DNA from: an uncultured virus (IMG/VR IMGVR_UViG_3300020183_000049)
Lineage: Duplodnaviria; Heunggongvirae; Uroviricota; Caudoviricetes
Direction: 5' to 3' (one strand)
Length of the DNA stretch: 20,000 bases
IMG/VR virus record: IMGVR_UViG_3300020183_000049
The notes beneath the pieces are model-generated. The model was not told the DNA's origin. It did not search any database and saw only the letters and a list, made by a program, of their open reading frames with translations. The translations under genes were made by a program, and so were the position numbers. Shown here one piece after another: positions 1 through 7,766 of this stretch; positions within the stretch are counted from its first letter, which is position 1; each line of letters starts with the position of its first letter.

Positions 1-79
1 TTTTACCTGGTTGTTCATTAATAAGGTTTCTTATAATTCTAACCAAGTCAGATTCAGTTAACCTTATAATCTTTGTCAT
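1..79 (-). CDS. 5' end of a third leader-bearing paralog of 114..1001/1033..1953 (partial, runs off window)
   Basis: Manual translation from ATG at 79 gives MTKIIRLTESDLVRIIRNLINEQPGK, nearly identical to the N-termini of the next two genes; upstream sequence matches that of 1001. Confidence 0.85.
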   Translation of the reverse strand, partial: MTKIIRLTESDLVRIIRNLINEQPGK

Positions 80-113
80 AATATATTATAGTGATAAATA
101 TAAATTATTTTAA

Positions 114-1001
114 CTATTTTTTTAACAACACATCTAAAATTTTTTCAGCGCTTGTATGTTTATATTTCTGTATCCCCCCCAAATCAATAAATTGTATTCC
201 TTTATTCGGATCGTATAAAAAATTTTCTGGATTTGGATCTACAAATACATTATTTCTGTATAATTCTTCGAGATCTTTTTTGAAATTTATTTTATGTATT
301 TCAGGTATTTTTTCTATTTCTGTTTTAGTTAATTTGTTCATAGGTCTACCTGTTGCTTTTTGTTGTACTTGATAAACTACTTCTTTTCCTTCGGAATTTA
401 TAAATGATCTAACTTGAACTGTTTTCATCACCCTAGGTGATTTTATTCTATCTTTCCATTTCAAATTTCGAATTCCGGGATCATTCCATCCCATATCAGA
501 TAATTTTGCAACATTTCCATCCCCAAGTTCAAATACACCAAGATTATTTGAACCACCTTGCCTTATGTCTTTCCCTCTGATTGCGTCATATCTACTTTTT
601 ATTATATTTTCTTGAGGTGTATTTGCAACAACCATTCTGTTTTTTTCAATATTAATTTGTTGTCGTAGTTTTGTAATACCATTTCGTACATTTTCAATAT
701 CGTATTTTTTCAATAGTTCACCATAGTCAGAAGCGAATTGTTGGGCGTTTATTTCTTTGTTACGGAGTTTAGCCATCAATAATGCTTCTTTTTCTAAGAA
801 GAGTTTTTCCTGATTTCGTAAATACTTAATTTTTTCGGCATATCTCCCTACGTTAGAAATTTGTTTACCTCCTTGACCCCTAACCCAATTAAGTACTGGT
901 CTGACAAGTTTTTGTCCTATTATTTTACCTGGTTGTTCATTAATAAGTTTTCTTACAATTCTAACCAATTCAGATTCCGTTAACCTTATAATCTTTTTCA
1001 T
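114..1001 (-). CDS. Protein-kinase-like (PKL fold) protein with LTE leader and coiled-coil linker
   Basis: 295 aa. Gly-rich QGGSNNLGVF, VAK lysine, catalytic-loop-like VDPNPENFL, DFG-equivalent IDLG; N-terminal MKKIIRLTESELVRIVRKLINEQ. Confidence 0.75.
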   Translation of the reverse strand: MKKIIRLTESELVRIVRKLINEQPGKIIGQKLVRPVLNWVRGQGGKQISNVGRYAEKIKYLRNQEKLFLEKEALLMAKLRNKEINAQQFASDYGELLKKYDIENVRNGITKLRQQINIEKNRMVVANTPQENIIKSRYDAIRGKDIRQGGSNNLGVFELGDGNVAKLSDMGWNDPGIRNLKWKDRIKSPRVMKTVQVRSFINSEGKEVVYQVQQKATGRPMNKLTKTEIEKIPEIHKINFKKDLEELYRNNVFVDPNPENFLYDPNKGIQFIDLGGIQKYKHTSAEKILDVLLKK

Positions 1002-1032
1002 AATATATTATAGTGATAAATATCAAAATTTT

Positions 1033-1953
1033 CTAGAAGGTATCAAATTGAGGCCACACTCTTTTTATAAGATCCTCAGGTTTGAAAATCGGAGTCATCA
1101 TTCCATCCCGAAAATTTGGGTTTCTACCCAAATCAACAAATTGTATTCCTTTATTTGGATCATATAAAAAATTTTCTGCATTTGGATCTACAAATACATT
1201 ATTTTTGTATAATTCTTCGAGATCTTTTTTGAAATTTTCTCTATGTATTTTAGGTATATGTAATCGATCGTAACCAGATATACTAATCAGAGGTCTACCT
1301 GTTGCTTTTTGCTGTACTTGATAAACTATTTCTTTTCCTTGGGAATCTATGAAAGATTTAACTTCAATTGTTTTCATCACCCTAGGTGATTGTATTTTAT
1401 CTTTCCATTTCAAATTTTGTATTGCAGGATCATCCCATCCCATTTTAGATATTTTTGCGACATATCCATTTCCAAGATCAAATACACCTTCATTATACTG
1501 ACCACCTTGACTTATGTTTGAACCTCTTCTCATTGCTTCATATCTACTTTTTATTATATTTTCTTGAGGTGTATTTGCAACAACATTTTTGTTTTTTTCA
1601 ACTTGTATTTGTTGTCGTCTTTTTAATATACCTTCTTTTACTTTTTCAGTATTATATTTATTCTTTAGTTTATTAAACTCAGCCATATATTGGTCATAAG
1701 TTATTTCCCCACGAAGATATCTATTTCTAGCTATTTCTGTTTCAGAGTTAAATAACTTTAAAATATTTTTTAATTGTTTAATTTCTTGTCCCAGCTTTGC
1801 TGTTTTAGAAATTTGTTTACCTCCTTGACCCCTAACCAAATTAAGTACTGGTCTGACAAGATTTTGTCCTATTATTTTACCCGGTTGTTCATTAATAAGG
1901 TTTCTTACAATTCTTACCAAGTCAGATTCAGTTAACCTTATAATCTTTGCCAT
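1033..1953 (-). CDS. Protein-kinase-like protein, tandem paralog of 114..1001
   Basis: 306 aa. QGGQYNEGVF, VAK, VDPNAENFL and VDLG motifs; long near-identical stretches with the neighbour and a diverged coiled-coil middle. Confidence 0.75.
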   Translation of the reverse strand: MAKIIRLTESDLVRIVRNLINEQPGKIIGQNLVRPVLNLVRGQGGKQISKTAKLGQEIKQLKNILKLFNSETEIARNRYLRGEITYDQYMAEFNKLKNKYNTEKVKEGILKRRQQIQVEKNKNVVANTPQENIIKSRYEAMRRGSNISQGGQYNEGVFDLGNGYVAKISKMGWDDPAIQNLKWKDKIQSPRVMKTIEVKSFIDSQGKEIVYQVQQKATGRPLISISGYDRLHIPKIHRENFKKDLEELYKNNVFVDPNAENFLYDPNKGIQFVDLGRNPNFRDGMMTPIFKPEDLIKRVWPQFDTF

Positions 1954-2026
1954 AATATCCTATAGTAGTAAATATCAATTTTTCCCAAAAATTTTTTCCA
2001 GAAAAATTTCTGTTATAATCGTAAGA

Positions 2027-2572
2027 CTATAATTCTTTAATTCTTGAAACACCATTGGATTTCCATATACAACCAGATGACACATCCCATAGATATAACC
2101 ACCAATATCTTTTAACATCTTCCCGACCATTTTCAAATGGGTCACCCCATGACCTCATTCCCAACTCATTATACGTGGGAATTTCAATACCAGAATAATC
2201 CTGAGATACTTTAACCCAATCAATATTGTACTGATTATTAATAGGAACCTCACTAAGATATCTATCAACAAAATTATCTACATCATTTTTAGTTCTTAAT
2301 ACAATTATATTCTCCATGTTTGGATATATCTTATATCCATATTTCTTTTTTTTAAAACTTAAATTTGAATCGTCATCAAACCCATGTTTTGAAAAATATA
2401 TCCACTCATCACCAAACCCATACCATAAACCATTAGGTTTCCCAAATACAGATTTTCCTTGCTCAATATCTTTTATTGATTCTATCTTATTTGTAGAAAT
2501 ATGTACCCTTTCATCTCTACCTAAAATTAATTTCTCCTTTATAATAAACTTTGTAATTTCTAATAATTTCAT
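2027..2572 (-). CDS. Conserved viral hypothetical protein (KPxGLW...IDW..V..DYxGIEI...WDVxSGCIW type; possibly ADP-ribosyltransferase-like fold)
   Basis: 181 aa ORF; Trp-rich motif pattern recalled from phage/giant-virus hypotheticals. Fold is a guess. Confidence 0.55.
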   Translation of the reverse strand: MKLLEITKFIIKEKLILGRDERVHISTNKIESIKDIEQGKSVFGKPNGLWYGFGDEWIYFSKHGFDDDSNLSFKKKKYGYKIYPNMENIIVLRTKNDVDNFVDRYLSEVPINNQYNIDWVKVSQDYSGIEIPTYNELGMRSWGDPFENGREDVKRYWWLYLWDVSSGCIWKSNGVSRIKEL

Positions 2573-2589
2573 ATCATTATAAATATTCC

Positions 2590-2850
2590 CAAAAAATTTT
2601 CCAAAAATTTTTTTTCAGAAAATTTTGCTCGCGGGATTAACCCCCCTTTTTTGTGTTATAACACCCCCTATGGAAGGGGATACGGGGGGAGGCCCCCCCA
2701 TAACACAGGGTAGACCCCCCTACAGTAGGGGGGGGCATTGTTATAACATAACCCCCCTGTGTTATAATACAAGGCCAGCCCCCCTATAACAATCCACAAT
2801 AAAGAAAGGGGAGATCAACAGTTATAACACAGATTGATTTCCCCTTAGCT
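2590..2850. repeat. Non-coding region with G/C homopolymer runs, hairpins and repeated (TG)TTATAAC motifs
   Basis: GTTATAA(C/T) motifs at ~2654, 2739, 2760, 2820 plus degenerate copies at ~2696 and ~2782; hairpin CCCCCCTAC-A-GTAGGGGGG (~2715-2733); AAGGGGAGATCAA/TTGATTTCCCCTT inverted repeat (~2806-2846). Confidence 0.7.
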
Positions 2851-2873
2851 CCACTCCTTGTCGGGTGAGATCT

Positions 2874-3212
2874 TCAATAGTCCTGGTCTTCTTCGTCTTC
2901 TTCTTGTGATGGGGGACGAAGGTTTGATGGAGGATGAGTATCTTCGTGAATTATTTCAAGTACTCTGTTCCAGGCACCGACCAGAAAATCTTTATCCTTT
3001 TGGGTTAGGTTGCTTCTACTAGTTGCATCCCTTTCAGTTTTAACATAATCAATATCATCCAACAGTGATCTACACACTTGCATAATATGATCGGTTGTTG
3101 CCTTCATAGATACTCGATCCATATCCCCTTCATAGTCGGAGGTCTCTTGATTTTCAAGTATTCTATGAATGATCCTTTTAAGATCTGACTCAGTGAGTGT
3201 TACTCTTCTCAT
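2874..3212 (-). CDS. Small acidic protein with LTE leader
   Basis: 112 aa, MRRVTLTESDLKRIIHRILENQ; ATGA overlap with upstream gene. Confidence 0.8.
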   Translation of the reverse strand: MRRVTLTESDLKRIIHRILENQETSDYEGDMDRVSMKATTDHIMQVCRSLLDDIDYVKTERDATSRSNLTQKDKDFLVGAWNRVLEIIHEDTHPPSNLRPPSQEEDEEDQDY

Positions 3213-3604
3213 TGGTTCTCATCATCCATATCCCCGGTTACATCTTCATCATCCATATCCCCGGTTGTGTCTTCATGATCCACATCAATGATTTGTTCAT
3301 AGTCATCGGCATAATCATACTCTTGGCTTCTTACACCAAGTTGATCAAGTTCGCCCCTCATTGTATCCAACAAATAGTCCTTTTCTTCGGAGTCAATGGA
3401 GGTATCCCCGGAAAGTTCGTGGAATAAATCGATAATGTCACTTATTGAATCATAAATGTTCTCAATACGACTATCGAGCATTTGTTTATATTCTTCTAGA
3501 CTATAATTTGGTTCCCCCTCATTTAGATTATTATCAGCAACTTGTTCCATTACGTTGACGATCATTCTTTTTAGTTCGTTTTCTGTTAGTCTTATTTTTT
3601 TCAT
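3209..3604 (-). CDS. Small very acidic protein with LTE leader
   Basis: 131 aa, MKKIRLTENELKRMIVNVMEQ; C-terminal ED.TGDMDD duplicated; ATGA overlaps. Confidence 0.8.
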   Translation of the reverse strand: MKKIRLTENELKRMIVNVMEQVADNNLNEGEPNYSLEEYKQMLDSRIENIYDSISDIIDLFHELSGDTSIDSEEKDYLLDTMRGELDQLGVRSQEYDYADDYEQIIDVDHEDTTGDMDDEDVTGDMDDENQ

Positions 3605-4035
3605 GGTGTTATATTTGGTTGTGTTGGTTGAACGGGTGGTTGAATATTACCACTCTTTATGTTATTGATTGTTGTATCAAGTTCATCTTGATATTCTTCG
3701 AATTTTGTTTTTACATTAGTAATCATTCTTTCTAGTGCAGCTTTTCTTTCTTGTGTCATTGAACTATTTCTTATTCTTGTAAGTAACATATCCAGATGTC
3801 TCATCACTTCTTCATTGGGTACATCCAGTTTTTTAAGTCTATTTAAAAACCGAGAGAGTGCTGTTGAATGTTCACCATACTTAAACCCCTCACCTCGATA
3901 CATTCCCCTAATACCACTTATTAGATCTCCCACTCTAGATAGGGGGTTTCTTCCATCCTTAAAAAACGATTGTTCCTCTATTGTTCTTTTTATGATCCCC
4001 CTTAATTGAGACTCAGTTAAATAAATCTTTCTCAT
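3601..4035 (-). CDS. Helical protein with LTE leader
   Basis: 144 aa, MRKIYLTESQLRGIIKRTIEEQ; ATGA overlaps. Confidence 0.8.
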   Translation of the reverse strand: MRKIYLTESQLRGIIKRTIEEQSFFKDGRNPLSRVGDLISGIRGMYRGEGFKYGEHSTALSRFLNRLKKLDVPNEEVMRHLDMLLTRIRNSSMTQERKAALERMITNVKTKFEEYQDELDTTINNIKSGNIQPPVQPTQPNITP

Positions 4036-4325
4036 ATCTTGTAAATATCCCCGTTATTGAAAATGGATAGTATCTTACGTATAAGAATTTCTTTTTTCTC
4101 TTCCCCCAATTCAGGTGTGTCCTGGATCTCCTCGATCATGTTCCTAAATTCATTAAGTGAATTCCTTACCAAGTCTTTCATAATTAACACATGACCAAGG
4201 TGTGCATCAATCTCCTCCATCATAATTTTGAAATATTCCTCTGGATCAAACTCATCATCATATCGTTCCTTGATGACAGTCCTCACAAGCCTTCTTAATT
4301 TTTCTTCCGTTAGTTCCATAACCAT
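4032..4325 (-). CDS. Small helical protein with LTE leader (start may be 4319)
   Basis: 97 aa, MELTEEKLRRLVRTVIKER; first gene of a coupled four-gene run. Confidence 0.75.
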   Translation of the reverse strand: MVMELTEEKLRRLVRTVIKERYDDEFDPEEYFKIMMEEIDAHLGHVLIMKDLVRNSLNEFRNMIEEIQDTPELGEEKKEILIRKILSIFNNGDIYKI

Positions 4326-4379
4326 AAATATAACAATGGTGTACTTTGTTATGAATACTTCCTTGAATGTAGGGGGTTA

Positions 4380-4488
4380 GTTTACAGTAAACACATTACT
4401 GTAAACAACATTGTGTTATAATAATCATGTGTTTTGTTATAATAATAGTGTGTTATGTTATAATAATAGGGGGTTTTGTTATAACAAT
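4380..4488. repeat. 11-bp perfect inverted repeat followed by four iteron-like direct repeats with 21-bp period
   Basis: GTTTACAGTAA (4380-4390)/TTACTGTAAAC (4396-4406); TGTTATAAYAAT at 4414, 4435, 4456, 4477. Confidence 0.85.
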
Positions 4489-5251
4489 GCGCAAAAAAAC
4501 CGAGAATGTGTCACGGACTTTGGATGGGGGATAATCCCCTCACCCCAGAACACCACAAATAACACCACATTCTTACTTCCACTTTCCCCCACTTTATACC
4601 ACAATTTTCCACCATTTTGTTTGTTTTAGAGCATATAATGTTAATTTTTTCCCCCTCACGCTATCATGAGAGAGGTTTTTTTTACCTATCACAAATCCCA
4701 GAGAAAAAAAATCATATCCCCCAAGATCGGGGTAGAGACGCTAGTCTCCTAGATGGATCACTATTGACCATTAGATGACCTGTATTTGACCCAAATTATG
4801 ACCACTATATTCCCCCTTCAACGAGCAGTAACCTCCGTCATACTTAAGGCCAGAACTTCTGGTAAGAGGTGGGGAAAAGTGGGACAAACATACCTTTTAA
4901 TGTCCCATTATGATCCCCCAACATTTTCTTCGAGTATGGGGGATTTATTGTGGATCCTTCTATTGTCCTTATGGACAATTAGGTGATCCAGTATTTATTC
5001 CCCCCTTCTTATGAGAACCATAAATGGTTATACATTTGGCCTGTACTTATGACCACTCAATATGGGGGGTTCTTTATATGGGGGGGAATTATGGTGAAGA
5101 GAATGAATTTATGAATGCAGGTTTTTAGTGAGCCCCACCTGAAAGGGGGGGAGAACGTTACGAAGTAAAAAACCGAAATGAGTGAATTTATTCTCTTTAC
5201 AATAAAAAAAAAAGATTTAATATTTATTAAATACAAATACAAAATTTAATT

Positions 5252-5638
5252 ATGAACATTGAAAGATTCGCAATCGAACCTAAAATGGCAAATCGTTGGT
5301 TGATTAAAACAGTTGGTGTTAAGATCCAGGACTACTTATTCTCAAAATATAAATTATACAATGATGGTGATAAATTAATGTTTGAAACATCTTGTTATGA
5401 AACAGTTAGTGACCATATCATCCCGACAGATTTATTTAATCTTTATGGTATTGAATTGGAATATCTCGCTCCCACTGGTGATATTATTGGTGGTTTTAGT
5501 TTTGAAATTAAATCTTTAACTTTTTCATCGTCAGGTGATTATGCGATCTATGATGATCTATTACGATATCATTTTATAATTGAGATTGACAAAAAATCAT
5601 TAAAACCAAAATTTACAAATAGTTCGAAACCCGAATAA
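5252..5638 (+). CDS. Divergent, short tail-tube (T4 gp19-like) homolog
   Basis: 128 aa. EPKMANRWLI and IELEYLAPTGDII...GDY resemble the EPKxxNRF / LEMLDPTGxVV / LxY motifs recalled from jumbo-phage tail tube proteins. Confidence 0.5.
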   Translation: MNIERFAIEPKMANRWLIKTVGVKIQDYLFSKYKLYNDGDKLMFETSCYETVSDHIIPTDLFNLYGIELEYLAPTGDIIGGFSFEIKSLTFSSSGDYAIYDDLLRYHFIIEIDKKSLKPKFTNSSKPE

Positions 5639-5735
5639 TACACAAATACAACATAATCTTGGTGGGTAGGTGAAGTAAAACTGGACAAATGTGTGAGTTA
5701 TACACAATATTTTTTTATCCACGCATAGGTTTAAA

Positions 5736-6131
5736 CTAAAGTTGAAAATTATCACAAAAATCTTTAACAAATTCCGCTTCAATATCTTTATTGTCTAAAT
5801 TTGGGTTTCTATTATTCCATACTTCAGTTGTTTGATATGTTATTAACTTAACTGAAAGTCGTATAATAATCTGAACCACTTTATCAAAAATTAATTCGGC
5901 TGGTAAATCTTCTTCTATTCCCCTAAAAATTCTAACAATTACTGGATGAGCTAATGTTGTTATTTCACCATTATACTTTTCTATATTATCTAATAGATAT
6001 AATGCTGAAAATTCACACGCTAATGCCAAATTTCTTTTGTTTTTGGCGTTACTCAGAAACCCAATGGTTTCCCATTTTGTGATTAATTCACTTGAGTTTT
6101 GTTTTTTTAATGTTTCTAATAATTCTCCCAT
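5736..6131 (-). CDS. Small protein resembling the N-terminal part of T4 gp23-like major capsid protein
   Basis: 131 aa. MGELLE..., KWETIGFL, NLALACE..A.YLL, PVIVRIF and DIEAEF echo recalled gp23-family motifs KWxxLGFL, NIAxLxENQAxxL, PIxRRVF and DAEAEL. Confidence 0.5.
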   Translation of the reverse strand: MGELLETLKKQNSSELITKWETIGFLSNAKNKRNLALACEFSALYLLDNIEKYNGEITTLAHPVIVRIFRGIEEDLPAELIFDKVVQIIIRLSVKLITYQTTEVWNNRNPNLDNKDIEAEFVKDFCDNFQL

Positions 6132-6202
6132 AATTTTTATTTTTTTTGTAAAAATACTAATTTATTTTGATAATATCAAGTCCACCACACAAAAAATACT
6201 AT

Positions 6203-6256
6203 GTATAACAAATGATAAACAACATTAAAACGATTGTTTATCATCAGACGTTATCG
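6203..6256 (+). other. attC-like imperfect palindrome
   Basis: GTATAAC (6203-6209), ATGATAAACAA (6212-6222)/TTGTTTATCAT (6234-6244) stem, GTTATCG (6250-6256): AAC...GTT core geometry as in integron attC sites, but shorter than canonical. Confidence 0.45.
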
Positions 6257-6317
6257 GTAATGTCTTAAATTCGGATGTTTAATGTATATTTCATCCAAAA
6301 TTGATTTGTCTGTACGG

Positions 6318-6572
6318 TTATCCACCAAACTTTTTTCCAAAATGACTGTAATTCTTTTCTACAGATTCTCTGTGACCAAATTTAAGAGCCACTGATTCCG
6401 AATCAAAGATAGCATTAACTGGACATTCTCTTATACAAAAACCACAATCTATACAAATATCCGGGTTGATATACATTTGCTCTCCACCATCTTCTATACA
6501 ATCAACTGGACATACTTCAATACAAGAACCATCTTTTTCACCTATACAAAGAGAAGAAATTATATGTGACAT
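6318..6572 (-). CDS. Dicluster Fe-S ferredoxin (FdxA/7Fe-like)
   Basis: 84 aa with C-x7-CIEVCPVDCI and CIDCGFCIRECPVNAI motifs. Confidence 0.92.
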   Translation of the reverse strand: MSHIISSLCIGEKDGSCIEVCPVDCIEDGGEQMYINPDICIDCGFCIRECPVNAIFDSESVALKFGHRESVEKNYSHFGKKFGG

Positions 6573-6694
6573 TTTCTATTCATCTCATCAAAACAATAAT
6601 CATAATTTAAATATTTCCAAATCTTAATTACACAAATACAACTTGATCCCGGTGAGTAATACTAATGAAAGGGTTGCTAGGTTTTATGGAAAAT

Positions 6695-6722
6695 AAAAAA
6701 CCCCACCTTTTAGGATGGGGTT
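6695..6722 (-). terminator. Probable intrinsic terminator downstream of 6778..7314
   Basis: AACCCCA...TGGGGTT stem followed by a T6 run on the minus strand. Confidence 0.7.
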
Positions 6723-6777
6723 GTATTTTGTTTTACTAGAAGAGGTCATCTTCCATCATTACATATACTTGTTTCAA

Positions 6778-7314
6778 TCAACCCTGAGGGTAACCAAAAT
6801 TCCTTTGTGGCTCAATTCCTGGAACTTTCCCAATTAGTTGTCTACAATATTTATTGGAAATTTCCCTTAGTAAATTTTCACTGTACCAAAACCTTGTATT
6901 TAAACTTCTATTCTGGCTACCAACTAACTCAAAACCAACTTGGAGAGTTTTATCACAACTACAATAAATGTCTAAATTATTGAATTTACCAGTACCATAT
7001 AAACCCCCTATTGATTTTCCACTATTATCAATCAAGTTTACATCAAGATGTACACCCATGTATGGAGCTCCTGTCCTTGATTCTTCCTCGTAAGAACCAA
7101 CCCCCTCAACCTGAATAGAAAAATTAACGTCTGGGGGACCTATTGGTTCATTATTACCATACCCCCCCATGGTTTTTTGTCTTATACTGAATCTTTTCCC
7201 AACTAAACTAGCTAAAACCTTACTTGGATCAGGAAGCTTATCACCTTCCTCCTTAATAACTCTTCTGATAAGTCTTTTCAAATCAGCTTCTGATAATCTT
7301 ATTGTTCTTTTCAT
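6778..7314 (-). CDS. Hypothetical beta-rich protein with LTE-type leader
   Basis: 178 aa, MKRTIRLSEADLKRLIRRVIKEE; ATATTTAT motif upstream. Confidence 0.8.
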   Translation of the reverse strand: MKRTIRLSEADLKRLIRRVIKEEGDKLPDPSKVLASLVGKRFSIRQKTMGGYGNNEPIGPPDVNFSIQVEGVGSYEEESRTGAPYMGVHLDVNLIDNSGKSIGGLYGTGKFNNLDIYCSCDKTLQVGFELVGSQNRSLNTRFWYSENLLREISNKYCRQLIGKVPGIEPQRNFGYPQG

Positions 7315-7481
7315 AATATTTTTTATTCATAAATATCTAATAGTTAGAAAAACAAAATTCATCGCTTTCTTCCTCATTCAGAACATAACCATAATACATA
7401 TCATACATATTACCTGTTGTTATTTTACACATTAAACTGTCATCTAATTTTCCCATAGATTTTAGTTTTCTGATTATACAA

Positions 7482-7589
7482 TTATACTCCCGGTTTGTTT
7501 TTGTCTTGGTAGAGCTTAATTGCAATTAGTACCACACTGAAGACACAAATCATAATGAGATTCATGGTCACAAAGTCAATTCTGTTCAT
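7482..7589 (-). CDS. Putative 35-aa single-TM membrane peptide
   Basis: Manual translation MNRIDFVTMNLIMICVFSVVLIAIKLYQDKNKPGV; A-rich leader and ATATTTAG upstream; below the ORF-track cutoff. Confidence 0.45.
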   Translation of the reverse strand: MNRIDFVTMNLIMICVFSVVLIAIKLYQDKNKPGV

Positions 7590-7728
7590 AGATCTTATTT
7601 TTTTTATATTCTAAATATAGAAATTAATTTTCAGATATCAAATCCGACACCAGATCACCTGGTGAAAAATTATAACGAGTTGTAATATATTGATTGTCAG
7701 AAAAATAGAGTAAATTTGTGACAAAATT

Positions 7729-7758
7729 TGTCCAGTTTTTTTGTAAATTAACTGGACA
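7729..7758 (-). terminator. Hairpin just past the last CRISPR repeat (possible terminator or processing signal)
   Basis: TGTCCAGTT (7729-7737)/AACTGGACA (7750-7758) perfect 9-bp stem; weak U-tract. Confidence 0.4.
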
Positions 7759-7766
7759 TATTGTGT

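Noticed and set aside
2789..2800. ACAATCCACAAT matching the CRISPR repeat end
   Set aside because: Only 12 bp in AT-rich DNA, with no extension; plausibly chance.
4411..4629. ORF with CYNN repeats; or the 21-bp repeats as a CRISPR array
   Set aside because: The ORF is a by-product of the 21-bp DNA period; a 12-bp core with 9-bp gaps is too short for CRISPR.
5621..6426. Possible self-targets: AGTTCGAAACCCGAA (~5621) versus spacer 2, and ATTAACTGGACAT (6414-6426) versus post-array sequence
   Set aside because: Short or gapped matches that exclude the repeat-proximal seed.
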